A DNA stretch of 64,000 nucleotides from Escherichia coli (GCF_051903065.1 NZ_CP178438.1); one strand, 5' to 3'; positions 23,794-36,075 are shown, numbered from the stretch's first letter. Notes: a model not told the origin generated them from the sequence alone. A program made the numbers and translations.

Positions 23794-24843
23794 TTATTGC
23801 GCAAAGGGATTTTTCGTTTCGTATGACGTGTTATAAAGCGCGTCGGAAATTAAATACTGGTAAATATCATCAACAATTTCGATGCCTTCGACGGCGGCTT
23901 TGCGTTGTTTAATATCCTGATCCTGTCCGGGATAATAAACCTGATTAAAACCGGGCGCGGGGGTAATGGCATTTAATTCGCGCATGGTCTGGCTAAGATG
24001 TTGACGGAATAATTCGCTGGAGGAGAAAAAGTTCGGGTTAATAACTACATGTAATTGCCCCAAATTACGCCCGGCGTGTAAATCGTCATACATCGAACTC
24101 ACCTGTCGCCCGAACGGTAAGCCGAGTAAGACGCCTGAGAGAACGTCAATCATCATCATCAGGCCATACCCTTTCGGCCCGGCTGCGGGGAGCAGAGCAT
24201 GTACCGCGAACGGATCGGTTGTTGGTGCACCGTTTTTATCGACCGCCCAGGTATCCGGGATAGACATATTACGCGAGCGGGCGTCGAGCACTTTTCCCCA
24301 TGCCTGTACGGTAGTCGCCATATCAAAGGTAAGGATCTCGTCGCCTTCTCCCGGCGCGGCAAAGGCCAGTGGGTTAGTACCGTAGTAAATTTCCGCGCCG
24401 CCAAACGGCACCACCATTGGATCGGACTGGCACATCGAAATGCCAATTAATCCGGCGCGGGCTGCCCGCTGCACAAAATAAGAGATTGCGCCGCTGTGAC
24501 CCATCCGGCTGATACCGACCACCGCAACGCCATTTTGCTGGGCGGTTTTGATGGCATGTTCCATACCCATTTTCGCCGCGACCTGTCCGGCGGCATTGTC
24601 GGCATGTAAAATTGCCGAGCACGGCCCGGTTTCCTCAAGACGAAACTCCGGTTCGCGGTTGGTGCCGCCTTTTGAAATGCGTTCCGCGTAGTATTCCACG
24701 CGCACCGCGCCATGAGAGTGGATCCCTCTGGCATCGGCGTAAACCAATACTTCAGCCACGGTTGCAGCGTGCTCACGTTTTAACCCAGCCTGGCAGAGTT
24801 TATTCTCAATTAGCTGGTGGAGTGTTTCCCGACTGATTTTCAT
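23794..24843 (-). CDS. allD: Ureidoglycolate dehydrogenase
   Basis: 349-aa ORF of the malate/L-lactate dehydrogenase-2 family. Confidence 0.9.
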   Translation of the reverse strand: MKISRETLHQLIENKLCQAGLKREHAATVAEVLVYADARGIHSHGAVRVEYYAERISKGGTNREPEFRLEETGPCSAILHADNAAGQVAAKMGMEHAIKTAQQNGVAVVGISRMGHSGAISYFVQRAARAGLIGISMCQSDPMVVPFGGAEIYYGTNPLAFAAPGEGDEILTFDMATTVQAWGKVLDARSRNMSIPDTWAVDKNGAPTTDPFAVHALLPAAGPKGYGLMMMIDVLSGVLLGLPFGRQVSSMYDDLHAGRNLGQLHVVINPNFFSSSELFRQHLSQTMRELNAITPAPGFNQVYYPGQDQDIKQRKAAVEGIEIVDDIYQYLISDALYNTSYETKNPFAQ

Positions 24844-25298
24844 CTGTCTTCCTTTTTAACGACGGTGTGAAGCATGACTGCAATTAACATACAGGGAAAA
24901 TATCTGGATTATGTGATCCAGACAGGCAAAAAAATATAGTTAGAATTTATTTGATAATCCGCTCGCTTTTAACCTGGTTTTTAAAACAACCACGCTTATT
25001 AAAAAATAACACGTAATAGCATGGCGGTTATTTGAATTCTTTTGTTAATAATCCCTGTGTGATATTCATCACCTTATTTACCCGTTGTCATCGATACCGT
25101 AATCGCCACATTAACACTGCTCGTGCAATTGCCATGGGTGCAATTTTTAAGGAGTTGTTATGATCCACGCCTTTATTAAAAAAGGGTGTTTTCAGGATTC
25201 GGTCAGTTTAATGATTATTTCACGAAAACTCAGCGAATCAGAAAATGTTGATGATGTTTCCGTAATGATGGGTACGCCCGCCAGGTAATGACTCCAAC

Positions 25299-25802
25299 TT
25301 ATTGATAGTGTTTTATGTTCAGATAATGCCCGATGACTTTGTCATGCAGCTCCACCGATTTTGAGAACGACAGCGACTTCCGTCCCAGCCGTGCCAGGTG
25401 CTGCCTCAGATTCAGGTTATGCCGCTCAATTCGCTGCGTATATCGCTTGCTGATTACGTGCAGCTTTCCCTTCAGGCGGGATTCATACAGCGGCCAGCCA
25501 TCCGTCATCCATATCACCACGTCAAAGGGTGACAGCAGGCTCATAAGACGCCCCAGCGTCGCCATAGTGCGTTCACCGAATACGTGCGCAACAACCGTCT
25601 TCCGGAGCCTGTCATACGCGTAAAACAGCCAGCGCTGGCGCGATTTAGCCCCGACATAGCCCCACTGTTCGTCCATTTCCGCGCAGACGATGACGTCACT
25701 GCCCGGCTGTATGCGCGAGGTTACCGACTGCGGCCTGAGTTTTTTAAGTGACGTAAAATCGTGTTGAGGCCAACGCCCATAATGCGGGCTGTTGCCCGGC
25801 AT
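25299..25802 (-). CDS. insB: IS1 InsB'
   Basis: Identical 167-aa protein to copy 1. Confidence 0.9.
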
Positions 25803-25996
25803 CCAACGCCATTCATGGCCATATCAATGATTTTCTGGTGCGTACCGGGTTGAGAAGCGGTGTAAGTGAACTGCAGTTGCCATGTTTTACGGCAGTGAGA
25901 GCAGAGATAGCGCTGATGTCCGGCGGTGCTTTTGCCGTTACGCACCACCCCGTCAGTAGCTGAACAGGAGGGACAGCTGATAGAAACAGAAGCCAC
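25721..25996 (-). CDS. insA: IS1 InsA
   Basis: Identical 91-aa protein to copy 1. Confidence 0.95.
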
Positions 25997-27613
25997 TGGA
26001 GCACCTCAAAAACACCATCATACACTAAATCAGTAAGTTGGCAGCATCACCCGCCCGCCAATAAAGCGTTATTAGATACCACAGGTTTCTGGCATGACGA
26101 TTTTAATAACGCCACGCCGAACGATATTTGCGTGGCAATTCGTAGCGAAGCGGCGGATGCGGGGATCGCGCAGGCGATTATGCAGCAGCTTGAAGAGGCG
26201 CTAAAACAACTGGCGCAGGGGTCAGGCAGCAGCCAGGCGTTGACGCAGGTGCGTCGCTGGGACAGTGCCTGTCAGAAATTACCCGATGTCAATCTGGCGC
26301 TGATTTCAGTGGCTGGCGAGTATGCGGCGGAGCTGGCGAATCAGGCGCTGGATCGCAACCTCAACGTGATGATGTTCTCCGATAACGTCACGCTGGAAGA
26401 TGAAATCCAACTTAAAACCCGCGCGCGGGAAAAAGGCTTGCTGGTGATGGGGCCGGACTGCGGTACGTCGATGATTGCCGGCACGCCGCTGGCTTTTGCT
26501 AACGTGATGCCGGAAGGCAACATTGGCGTCATTGGCGCTTCCGGTACCGGGATTCAGGAGCTGTGTTCGCAGATTGCGCTGGCAGGGGAGGGAATTACTC
26601 ACGCGATTGGCCTTGGCGGCCGCGACCTCAGCCGTGAAGTGGGCGGCATCAGTGCGCTGACGGCGCTGGAGATGCTCAGTGCAGACGAGAAAAGCGAAGT
26701 GCTGGCATTTGTTTCAAAACCACCTGCCGAAGCGGTGCTTCTGAAAATTGTTAATGCCATGAAAGCAACCGGCAAACCGACGGTGGCGCTGTTTTTAGGT
26801 TATACCCCGGCGGTGGCCCGCGACGAGAATGTCTGGTTTGCCTCCTCGCTGGATGAGGCCGCACGCCTGGCTTGCCTGCTTTCACGCGTTACGGCGCGAC
26901 GTAACGCGATAACGCCTGCCAGCAGCGGATTTATTTGCGGTTTGTATACCGGCGGTACGCTGGCTGCCGAAGCGGCGGGATTACTTGCCGGACACCTTGG
27001 CGTGGAAGCCGATGATGCCCATCATCACGGCATGATGCTCGACGCCGATGGTCACCAGATTATTGACCTCGGCGATGATTTCTACACCGTCGGGCGTCCC
27101 CATCCGATGATCGACCCAACCTTACGCAACCAGTTAATTGCCGATCTCGGCGCTAAACCGTCAGTGCGCGTATTGCTACTTGATGTCGTGATTGGCTTCG
27201 GCGCGACCGCCGATCCTGCCGCCTCGCTGGTAAGCGCCTGGCAAAAAGCCTGTGCTGCGCGTTCAGACAATCAACCACTGTATGCCATTGCCACGGTGAC
27301 AGGCACTGAACGTGACCCGCAATGCCGCTCGCAGCAAATCGCCACGCTGGAAGATGCGGGGATTGCGGTCGTGAGTTCGCTACCGGAAGCCACCTTGCTG
27401 GCGGCAGCGTTAATTCATCCGCTCTCGCCTGCCGCACAGCAACACACACCGTCATTACTGGAAAACGTCGCCGTGATTAACATCGGATTACGCAGTTTTG
27501 CGCTGGAGCTACAAAGCGCCAGCAAACCGGTTGTGCATTACCAATGGTCGCCAGTCGCCGGCGGCAATAAAAAACTGGCTCGTTTATTAGAACGTTTGCA
27601 ATAAGGGGTTCCC

Positions 27614-28873
27614 ATGTTTACATCAGTGGCGCAAGCCAATGCTGCGGTTATCGAACAAATTCGTCGCGCTCGTCCACACTGGCTGGATGTGCAACCGGCT
27701 TCTTCACTTATCAGCGAACTACACCCGGGCAAAACATTGCTTCACGCCGGGCCGCCAATGCGCTGGCAGGAGATGACCGGACCCATGAAAGGGGCGTGCG
27801 TGGGCGCATGTCTGTTGGAAGGTTGGGCGAAAGATGAAGCGCAGGCGCTGGCAATACTGGAGCAGGGGGAAGTGAACTTCATTCCTTGTCACCATGTGAA
27901 TGCCGTCGGGCCAATGGGCGGTATTACTTCTGCCAGTATGCCGATGCTGGTGGTCGAGAACGTGACCGACGGCAACCGGGCGTACTGCAACCTCAACGAA
28001 GGTATCGGCAAAGTGATGCGTTTTGGCGCTTACGGCGAAGATGTCCTGACTCGCCATCGCTGGATGCGCGATGTGTTAATGCCAGTATTAAGCGCGGCGC
28101 TGGGGCGCATGGAGCGCGGTATCGATCTTACCGCGATGATGGCGCAGGGCATTACGATGGGCGATGAGTTCCATCAACGCAATATTGCTTCCTCAGCACT
28201 GTTAATGCGTGCGTTGGCCCCACAAATTGCTCGCCTCGATCATGATAAACAGCACATCGCGGAAGTGATGGATTTCCTCAGCGTGACCGATCAGTTCTTC
28301 CTCAACCTTGCGATGGCTTACTGCAAGGCGGCGATGGATGCTGGCGCGATGATCCGCGCAGGCAGCATCGTCACGGCAATGACCCGCAACGGCAATATGT
28401 TCGGGATTCGGGTAAGCGGGCTGGGCGAACGCTGGTTTACTGCGCCTGTAAACACTCCGCAAGGTCTGTTTTTCACCGGCTTTTCGCAGGAGCAGGCGAA
28501 CCCGGATATGGGCGATAGCGCGATTACCGAAACCTTTGGTATCGGAGGTGCGGCAATGATCGCAGCGCCTGGCGTAACGCGCTTTGTCGGTGCGGGTGGC
28601 ATGGAAGCGGCAAGAGCGGTATCTGAAGAGATGGCGGAAATTTACCTTGAACGCAATATGCAGTTGCAGATCCCAAGCTGGGATTTTCAGGGCGCGTGCC
28701 TGGGGCTGGACATTCGTCGCGTGGTAGAAACCGGCATTACGCCACTCATCAATACCGGTATCGCCCATAAAGAGGCGGGGATCGGGCAGATTGGCGCAGG
28801 CACCGTGCGGGCACCGCTGGCGTGCTTTGAACAGGCGCTGGAAGCACTGGCTGAAAGCATGGGTATTGGTTGA
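27614..28873 (+). CDS. ylbE: DUF1116 protein YlbE (oxamate carbamoyltransferase component)
   Basis: Intact 419-aa ORF downstream of fdrA. Confidence 0.8.
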
Positions 28874-28883
28874 GGAACGCGCA

Positions 28884-29699
28884 ATGACGATCATCCATCC
28901 TCTGCTTGCCAGTAGTAGCGCACCGAATTATCGCCAGTCCTGGCGGTTAGCGGGAGTGTGGCGGCGGGCGATTAACCTGATGACGGAAAGCGGCGAACTG
29001 TTAACGCTGCATCGTCAGGGTAGTGGTTTCGGCCCCGGAGGATGGGTGCTTCGCCGTGCGCAATTCGATGCGTTATGCGGTGGATTATGCGGCAATGAAC
29101 GACCACAGGTTGTGGCTCAAGGGATTCGCCTCGGGCGTTTCACGGTTAAACAGCCACAGCGTTATTGTTTGCTGCGTATTACGCCGCCTGCGCATCCTCA
29201 ACCACTTGCAGCTGCATGGATGCAACGCGCGGAGGAAACCGGGCTTTTCGGGCCACTGGCGTTGGCGGCAAGCGATCCGCTGCCTGCTGAGTTACGCCAG
29301 TTTCGTCACTGTTTTCAGGCCGCGCTCAATGGCGTTAAGACCGACTGGCGGCACTGGCTGGGTAAAGGCCCCGGATTAACGCCGAGTCATGATGACACGC
29401 TGAGCGGAATGCTGCTGGCGGCCTGGTATTATGGCGCTTTAGATGCGCGCTCCGGTCGTCCGTTTTTTGCCTGTTCCGACAATCTGCAACTCGTTACCAC
29501 AGCGGTGAGCGTCAGTTATTTACGTTATGCCGCGCAAGGATATTTCGCCTCGCCACTCCTGCACTTTGTTCATGCTCTGAGTTGCCCGAAACGTACCGCT
29601 GTTGCGATTGATTCGCTGCTGGCGCTGGGGCATACGTCAGGGGCAGATACACTGCTGGGGTTCTGGCTTGGTCAACAATTATTACAAGGAAAACCATGA
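28884..29699 (+). CDS. ylbF: YlbF (DUF2877; oxamate carbamoyltransferase component)
   Basis: Track ORF starts 28791; start at [11 protein letters not shown] gives 271 aa. Confidence 0.8.
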
Positions 29700-30589
29700 A
29701 AACACTGGTTGTAGCTCTTGGGGGCAATGCCTTGCTTCAGCGCGGTGAGGCGCTGACGGCAGAAAATCAATATCGCAATATCGCCAGTGCTGTACCCGCG
29801 CTGGTACGCCTGGCCCGTTCTTATCGGCTGGCGATTGTTCACGGCAACGGGCCGCAGGTGGGGCTGCTGGCGTTACAGAATCTGGCGTGGAAAGAGGTAG
29901 AACCGTATCCGCTGGATGCGCTGGTGGCGGAAAGCCAGGGGATGATTGGCTATATGCTGGCGCAGAGTTTGAGCGCACAGCCGCAGATGCCGCCTGTCAC
30001 GACGGTGCTGACGCGCATTGAGGTTTCGCCTGATGATCCGGCGTTTTTGCAGCCAGAGAAATTTATTGGTCCGGTTTATCAGCCAGAAGAACAAGAGGCA
30101 CTGGAAGCGGCTTACGGCTGGCAGATGAAACGTGATGGTAAATATTTACGCCGGGTGGTGGCGTCTCCGCAACCGCGTAAAATTCTCGACAGCGAAGCCA
30201 TCGAGTTGTTGCTCAAAGAGGGGCATGTGGTGATTTGCAGTGGCGGCGGCGGTGTGCCTGTGACGGGTGACGGAGCAGGGAGTGAAGCAGTGATTGATAA
30301 AGATCTCGCCGCTGCGTTGCTCGCCGAGCAGATTAATGCAGATGGACTGGTGATCCTCACCGATGCTGATGCGGTATATGAAAACTGGGGAACGCCGCAG
30401 CAACGTGCCATTCGCCATGCCACACCGGATGAGTTAGCGCCATTTGCCAAAGCCGATGGTTCGATGGGGCCGAAGGTAACGGCGGTGAGTGGTTATGTCA
30501 GAAGCCGTGGTAAACCCGCGTGGATTGGGGCGTTATCGCGGATTGAAGAGACGCTGGCGGGCGAAGCGGGGACCTGTATTTCGCTGTAG
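29696..30589 (+). CDS. ybcF: Carbamate kinase-like protein
   Basis: 297-aa ORF; amino-acid kinase fold with N-terminal GGNAL motif; overlaps ylbF stop. Confidence 0.85.
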
Positions 30590-30599
30590 TGATGAGAGC

Positions 30600-30720
30600 A
30601 TCCAGCAATCGGTGCACCATGCCTGATGCGACGCTTGACGCGTCTTATCAGGCCTACAATGGGTACCGGAGCGGTGTAGGCCGGATAAGGCGTTCACGCC
30701 GCATCCGGCAATCAAATGAG
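30600..30720. repeat. REP/BIME element
   Basis: GCCTGATGCGACGCTTGACGCGTCTTATCAGGCCTAC ... GTAGGCCGGATAAGGCGTTCACGCCGCATCCGGCA. Confidence 0.85.
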
Positions 30721-30727
30721 CACCAGG

Positions 30728-31795
30728 TTAACTGAACTTACTCTGTGCCCACATCACGCCGCTGGCATACTCCGGCGGCAGCAGCGGGATTAAGGCTTCC
30801 AGCGTCGCGGACAGACGCGATGTGTCGCTGTCGGTCAAATTCAGATGCCCCACTTTACGGCCCGGACGGACTTCTTTGTCGTACCAGTGCAGATGCACCA
30901 GCGGCAGTTTCAGCCAGTCATAATTCACATCGCTACCAATCAGATTGATCATCACCGACGGATTATTCACCACTGGTTGCGGTAACGGCAGATCGGTAAT
31001 CGCCCGCAGATGCAGCTCAAACTGGCTGATGCTGGCACCGTTTTGTGTCCAGTGACCGCTGTTATGCACACGCGGAGCCAGTTCGTTGATCAGCAGACCT
31101 TGCGGGGTGACAAAACACTCCATCGCCATCACGCCCACATAGCCCAGCTCCTGCATAATCGCCGAAAGCATCTCTTCGGCTTGCGCTTGCTGCTGTGCAT
31201 TGGCCTGCGGGAAAGCGACGCTGGTGCGCAAAATACCGTCCTGATGCAGGTTATGCGTCAGCGGATAAAACACGGTGCTGCCATCAAAGCCGCGCGCGCC
31301 AACCAGCGACACTTCACCAGAGAAGTTTATGCCCTGCTCGACAATACATTCGCCGTAGCATTCAGCCGGTAACTGCTCGGTTTCATCGGCGCGTAAACGC
31401 CATTGACCGCGTCCGTCATAGCCACCAGTGCGACGCTTAACAATCGCCAGCTCACCTAAACGATCAAACACCGCAGGCCACTCGCTGCGATCGGCAAGTA
31501 ACTGCCACGGTGCGGTCGGCAGGTGGAGCTTATCGAAAAGCTGCTTCTGAGTCAGACGGTCAGCAATAATCGGGAACACATCGCGGTTCACAAAGGCAGG
31601 ATGGCGCGCCAGCTCGCGGGTTAATGCGGTTTCCGGCCAGCGTTCGATCTCAGCGGTAATCACGCTTTGTTGAAAAGGCACCGCCGCCGGTTCAGCGTCC
31701 AGCCCGACTGGCCAGACAGCAATGCCTAACGGTTCGCCTGCCTGACGCAGCATACGGCCTAACTGCCCGTTCCCGAGGACGCAAACCTGTTTCAT
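30728..31795 (-). CDS. purK: N5-carboxyaminoimidazole ribonucleotide synthase
   Basis: 355-aa ATP-grasp ORF overlapping purE stop. Confidence 0.9.
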   Translation of the reverse strand: MKQVCVLGNGQLGRMLRQAGEPLGIAVWPVGLDAEPAAVPFQQSVITAEIERWPETALTRELARHPAFVNRDVFPIIADRLTQKQLFDKLHLPTAPWQLLADRSEWPAVFDRLGELAIVKRRTGGYDGRGQWRLRADETEQLPAECYGECIVEQGINFSGEVSLVGARGFDGSTVFYPLTHNLHQDGILRTSVAFPQANAQQQAQAEEMLSAIMQELGYVGVMAMECFVTPQGLLINELAPRVHNSGHWTQNGASISQFELHLRAITDLPLPQPVVNNPSVMINLIGSDVNYDWLKLPLVHLHWYDKEVRPGRKVGHLNLTDSDTSRLSATLEALIPLLPPEYASGVMWAQSKFS

Positions 31796-32301
31796 GCCGC
31801 ACCTCGCGGGTCCGGGTTTTCCAGCACTTCGTCGGTCTGGGCTTTGCGCCAGTCATTCAGACGCTGGTGCAGTTCTTTATCATGAGTCGCAAGAATTTGT
31901 GCTGCCAGTAACGCCGCGTTTGCCGCGCCAGCTTTACCAATCGCCAGCGTACCCACCGGAATGCCGCGCGGCATTTGTACGATGGAGTAGAGGCTATCGA
32001 CACCGCTCAGTGCGGCGCTCTGTACTGGCACGCCCAGCACTGGCACCAGCGTTTTGGCGGCAATCATGCCTGGCAGGTGCGCTGCGCCGCCTGCGCCCGC
32101 AATAATCACCTGATAACCGTTCTCTTCGGCACTTTCGGCGAAGCTGAATAGTTTATCGGGGGTGCGGTGAGCAGAAACCACTTCAACGTGGTGCGGGACA
32201 TTCAGGATTTCGAAGATTTCGGCGGCGAACTGCATGGTAGCCCAGTCGCTTTTGGACCCCATCACGATGGCGACACGCGCCGGATTATTGCGGGAAGACA
32301 T
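31792..32301 (-). CDS. purE: N5-CAIR mutase
   Basis: Track ORF to 32328; start at [16 protein letters not shown] gives 169 aa. Confidence 0.9.
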   Translation of the reverse strand: MSSRNNPARVAIVMGSKSDWATMQFAAEIFEILNVPHHVEVVSAHRTPDKLFSFAESAEENGYQVIIAGAGGAAHLPGMIAAKTLVPVLGVPVQSAALSGVDSLYSIVQMPRGIPVGTLAIGKAGAANAALLAAQILATHDKELHQRLNDWRKAQTDEVLENPDPRGAA

Positions 32302-32418
32302 GCGTCTTAAAACTCCTGTGGTGCACAACTCTCGGCTTTAGAGGGCACAGAGAATAGCACGGAAAGAGAGCAAGGAAAACGGTTGCGTGGCTGTGAAATC
32401 AGCAAAGTTGCGGGTTTT

Positions 32419-33141
32419 TTAAAACGGAAAATGAATTAGCTCAACGTCATCCGCCGTGACTTTCACCATCGAACCTTCCGTATGCCAGGCACCCAGTACC
32501 ACGCGAAAAGCAGGCTGCTGATTGGCGATAAGTTCATGTACCGCCGGGCGATGGGTATGCCCGTGGATCAGCCATTGCACCTGATGTTTTTCCATCGCAC
32601 TGACCACCGCGTTTTGGTTAACGTCCATGATCGCCAGCGATTTACTGCTGTTGGCTTCTTTACTGTTCGCGCGCATTCGCGCGGCAATGCGTTTGCGCAC
32701 AAACAACGGCAGGGCGAGGAATAGCGTTTGCAGCCAGGGTTTGTGGACTTTGGCGCGAAAAGCCTGATAACCCGCGTCATCGGTGCACAGCGTGTCGCCA
32801 TGCATAATCAACACCCGACGACCATAAAGTTCGAGCACCTTTTCTTCCGGCAATAACGTCATGCCACTTTCACGGGCAAAGCGTTTGCCGAGCAGAAAAT
32901 CACGGTTGCCATGAATGAAATAACAGGGAACGCCGGAATCGGACACCGCTTTGATCGCTGCCGCCATCTGGCGATGGAGTGGATTGGGATCGTCGTCGCC
33001 AATCCACGCTTCAAACAGATCGCCAAGAATATACAGCGCGTCGGCCTTGCGAGCTTCCCCCGCTAAAAAACGCAGAAAACCGGCGGTGATCGCCGGTTCT
33101 TCCACGCAGAGATGAAGATCTGCAATAAAGAGTGTCGCCAC
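32419..33141 (-). CDS. lpxH: UDP-2,3-diacylglucosamine hydrolase
   Basis: 240-aa ORF with calcineurin-like metallophosphoesterase motifs (DLHL, GNRD). Confidence 0.9.
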   Translation of the reverse strand: MATLFIADLHLCVEEPAITAGFLRFLAGEARKADALYILGDLFEAWIGDDDPNPLHRQMAAAIKAVSDSGVPCYFIHGNRDFLLGKRFARESGMTLLPEEKVLELYGRRVLIMHGDTLCTDDAGYQAFRAKVHKPWLQTLFLALPLFVRKRIAARMRANSKEANSSKSLAIMDVNQNAVVSAMEKHQVQWLIHGHTHRPAVHELIANQQPAFRVVLGAWHTEGSMVKVTADDVELIHFPF

Positions 33142-33143
33142 GA

Positions 33144-33638
33144 TTACTCGCTAACGGTCACGCTTTCAATGATAACGTCTTCTTTTGGCACGTCCTGGTG
33201 CATACCGCTACGACCGGTTGCAACACCTTTGATTTTGTCTACCACGTCCATGCCTTCAACCACTTCAGCAAACACGCAGTAGCCCCAACCTTGCAGGCTT
33301 TCGCCAGAGAAGTTCAGGAAGTCGTTATCAACCACGTTGATGAAGAACTGTGCAGTTGCAGAGTGCGGAGCCTGAGTACGGGCCATTGCCAGCGTACCAC
33401 GGGTATTTTTCAGGCCGTTGTTGGCTTCGTTTTTGATCGGTTCTTTGGTGGCTTTTTGTTTCATGCCCGGTTCAAAACCACCGCCCTGAATCATAAAGCC
33501 GTTGATAACACGGTGGAAAATGGTGTTGTTGTAAAAACCTTCGCGGCAGTAGTCCAGGAAGTTTTTAACTGTTTCAGGTGCTTTATCGTCAAAAGTTTTG
33601 ATGACAATATCGCCGTGATTGGTGTGGAAAGTAACCAT
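33144..33638 (-). CDS. ppiB: Peptidyl-prolyl cis-trans isomerase B (cyclophilin)
   Basis: 164-aa cyclophilin-type ORF. Confidence 0.9.
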   Translation of the reverse strand: MVTFHTNHGDIVIKTFDDKAPETVKNFLDYCREGFYNNTIFHRVINGFMIQGGGFEPGMKQKATKEPIKNEANNGLKNTRGTLAMARTQAPHSATAQFFINVVDNDFLNFSGESLQGWGYCVFAEVVEGMDVVDKIKGVATGRSGMHQDVPKEDVIIESVTVSE

Positions 33639-33811
33639 TTTTGCATCCTGTTCCGTTTGATTGGTGCTTCAACCCAGTTCGGGTCATATATAGGGTGGTG
33701 TTATAGCATAACCGCACGATCGGATCATCACGCAATGTATGCTGATTCGCGCGGGAAATATGGGTATTATACGCAACTCAATTACCCACACATGTCTAAA
33801 CGGAATCTTCG

Positions 33812-35197
33812 ATGCTAAAAATCTTCAATACTCTGACACGCCAAAAAGAGGAATTTAAGCCTATTCACGCCGGGGAAGTCGGCATGTACGTGTGTGGAAT
33901 CACCGTTTACGATCTCTGTCATATCGGTCACGGGCGTACCTTTGTTGCTTTTGACGTGGTTGCACGCTATTTGCGTTTCCTCGGCTATAAGCTGAAGTAT
34001 GTGCGCAACATTACCGATATCGACGACAAAATCATCAAACGCGCCAATGAAAATGGCGAAAGCTTTGTAGCGCTGGTGGATCGCATGATCGCCGAAATGC
34101 ACAAAGATTTTGATGCTTTGAACATTCTGCGCCCGGATATGGAGCCGCGCGCGACGCACCATATCGCAGAAATTATTGAACTCACTGAACAACTGATCGC
34201 CAAAGGTCACGCTTATGTGGCGGACAACGGCGACGTGATGTTCGACGTCCCGACCGATCCGACTTATGGCGTGCTGTCGCGTCAGGATCTCGACCAGTTG
34301 CAGGCTGGCGCGCGCGTTGACGTGGTTGATGACAAACGCAACCCGATGGACTTCGTTCTGTGGAAGATGTCGAAAGAGGGCGAACCGAGCTGGCCGTCTC
34401 CGTGGGGCGCGGGTCGTCCTGGCTGGCACATTGAATGTTCGGCAATGAACTGCAAGCAGCTGGGTAACCACTTTGATATCCACGGCGGCGGTTCAGACCT
34501 GATGTTCCCGCACCACGAAAACGAAATCGCGCAGTCCACCTGTGCCCATGATGGTCAGTATGTTAACTACTGGATGCACTCCGGAATGGTGATGGTTGAC
34601 CGCGAGAAGATGTCCAAATCGCTGGGTAACTTCTTTACCGTGCGCGATGTGCTGAAATACTACGACGCGGAAACCGTGCGTTACTTCCTGATGTCGGGCC
34701 ACTATCGCAGCCAGCTGAACTATAGCGAAGAGAACCTGAAGCAGGCGCGTGCGGCGCTGGAGCGTCTCTACACTGCGCTGCGCGGCACAGATAAAACCGT
34801 TGCGCCTGCCGGTGGCGAAGCGTTTGAAGCGCGCTTTATTGAAGCGATGGACGACGATTTCAACACCCCGGAAGCCTATTCCGTGCTGTTTGATATGGCG
34901 CGTGAAGTGAACCGTCTGAAAGCAGAAGATATGGCAGCGGCGAATGCAATGGCATCTCACCTGCGTAAACTTTCCGCTGTATTGGGCCTGCTGGAGCAAG
35001 AACCGGAAGCGTTCCTGCAAAGCGGCGCGCAGGCAGATGACAGCGAAGTGGCTGAGATTGAAGCGTTAATTCAACAGCGTCTGGATGCCCGTAAAGCGAA
35101 AGACTGGGCGGCGGCAGATGCGGCGCGTGACCGTCTTAACGAGATGGGGATCGTGCTGGAAGATGGCCCGCAAGGGACCACCTGGCGTCGTAAGTAA
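33812..35197 (+). CDS. cysS: Cysteine--tRNA ligase
   Basis: 461-aa class I aaRS with HIGH (CHIGHG) and KMSKS motifs. Confidence 0.95.
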
Positions 35198-35232
35198 TTG
35201 CGCTATTGCCGGATGCGAGTTTTCGCATCCGG

Positions 35233-35754
35233 TTATCGTCTGCGCCACCACAATATTCCCATCAGTAGCATCCCCGGCAACCACACCCACATCAATTCAG
35301 AAATAATCACCTGATGCCCGTACGCTGTGGTGTAACGAGACAATGCAAACGGCGCGACTTTAATCACCTGCCAGGGAGCGAAAAAGCGTTCATCTGACCA
35401 CGGCCACAGCCAGCCAACACCCTTACCGCCAGTGGTTACCGAATCCAGCATGCTGTGCGATAGCAACGAGACGGTTAAAAACAGCCAGCAGCGAATCAGC
35501 CCAGCCCTGAACCATCGGCGTCCAATCAGCACACATAACAGCGGGACAACAAACGCAAACACCAGCGAATGGGTAAACCCGCGATGACCAAAAACATTGC
35601 CGTAAGCAAGGCCAAATTTAAACGACAATACGTCTGCGTCGGGCAGCATCGCCAGGATGATTCCGGCAAATAACAGACGCGGAGGGATGACTTTCGAACC
35701 CAACCCTAAACCAATGCATAGGGGAACGGCGGCGTGCGTAATAACGGTTGGCAT
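35233..35754 (-). CDS. ybcI: Inner-membrane protein YbcI (DUF457)
   Basis: 173-aa hydrophobic ORF. Confidence 0.8.
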   Translation of the reverse strand: MPTVITHAAVPLCIGLGLGSKVIPPRLLFAGIILAMLPDADVLSFKFGLAYGNVFGHRGFTHSLVFAFVVPLLCVLIGRRWFRAGLIRCWLFLTVSLLSHSMLDSVTTGGKGVGWLWPWSDERFFAPWQVIKVAPFALSRYTTAYGHQVIISELMWVWLPGMLLMGILWWRRR

Positions 35755-35861
35755 GATGGTCGCTTCGGCAAAATGTCGATGCTATCAGCATGGATGAACG
35801 GGGCGTAGAGGGCAAAAGTCTGAAAAGAGAACCGGCCTGTTGATACAGGCCGGGAAAGGGA

Positions 35862-36074
35862 TCAGGCAACAACCTGTACGCTGTGACCTGCAAAACTCAC
35901 TGTCTGCCCGGCGACGATTTTGCAGCGTTTGCGCGTTTCAACCGCACCGTCGACTTTCACCTGGCCTTCGGCAATCGCGATTTTCGCCTGCGCGCCGCTT
36001 TCGCTCCAGCCTTCCAGTTTCAGCAAGTCGCACAGCTCAACGTGCGGATGTTTACCTAAAGAAAATGTCGCCAT
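35862..36074 (-). CDS. ybcJ: S4-domain RNA-binding protein YbcJ
   Basis: Track ORF to 36128; start at MATFSLGKHPHVEL gives 70 aa; 2 nt from folD stop. Confidence 0.8.
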   Translation of the reverse strand: MATFSLGKHPHVELCDLLKLEGWSESGAQAKIAIAEGQVKVDGAVETRKRCKIVAGQTVSFAGHSVQVVA

Positions 36075-36075
36075 G

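Larger units (their letters stand above)
25284..26051 (-). mobile_element. IS1 insertion sequence (768 bp, inverted relative to the first copy) with 9-bp target duplication CGCCCGCCA
   Basis: Reverse-complement IS1 ends; insA/insB' ORFs identical to copy 1; identical 9-mer on both flanks. Confidence 0.95.
25160..27604 (+). pseudogene. fdrA: fdrA interrupted by IS1 after codon 41
   Basis: ATG at 25160 with SD AAGGAG encodes MIHAFIKKGCFQDSVSLMIISRKLSESENVDDVSVMMGTPA, then IS1, then the frame resumes at 26052 into track ORF 26132..27604; 555 aa total without IS1. Confidence 0.9.

Noticed and set aside
21354-26051. Composite IS1 transposon carrying allC-allD
   Set aside because: Each IS1 has its own matched 9-bp duplication (GCGGCGCTT; CGCCCGCCA) and the flanking gene fragments are co-linear, so these are two independent simple insertions.
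26132-27604. 490-aa ORF as a stand-alone gene
   Set aside because: It is the 3' portion of fdrA, whose genuine start lies at 25160 upstream of the IS1; the GTG start of the track ORF is an artefact.
27614-28873. Intact ylbE as a strain-specific difference from K-12
   Set aside because: As far as I recall, the K-12 pseudogene call stems from a frameshift particular to the reference stock; an intact 419-aa ORF is probably the normal state.
33815-34483. 222-aa minus-strand ORF, and other long antisense ORFs (33132..33818, 28202..28894, 45080..45373, 1450..1845, 20274..20708)
   Set aside because: They lie entirely antisense to, or out of frame within, well-supported genes (cysS, ppiB, ylbE, ybcH, cnoX, glxK) and look like GC-rich frame artefacts without RBS.
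35201-35232. GCCGGATGCGAGTTTTCGCATCCGGT hairpin after cysS as a Rho-independent terminator
   Set aside because: A stable hairpin but not followed by a T-run; more likely a REP-like element, so not listed as a terminator.
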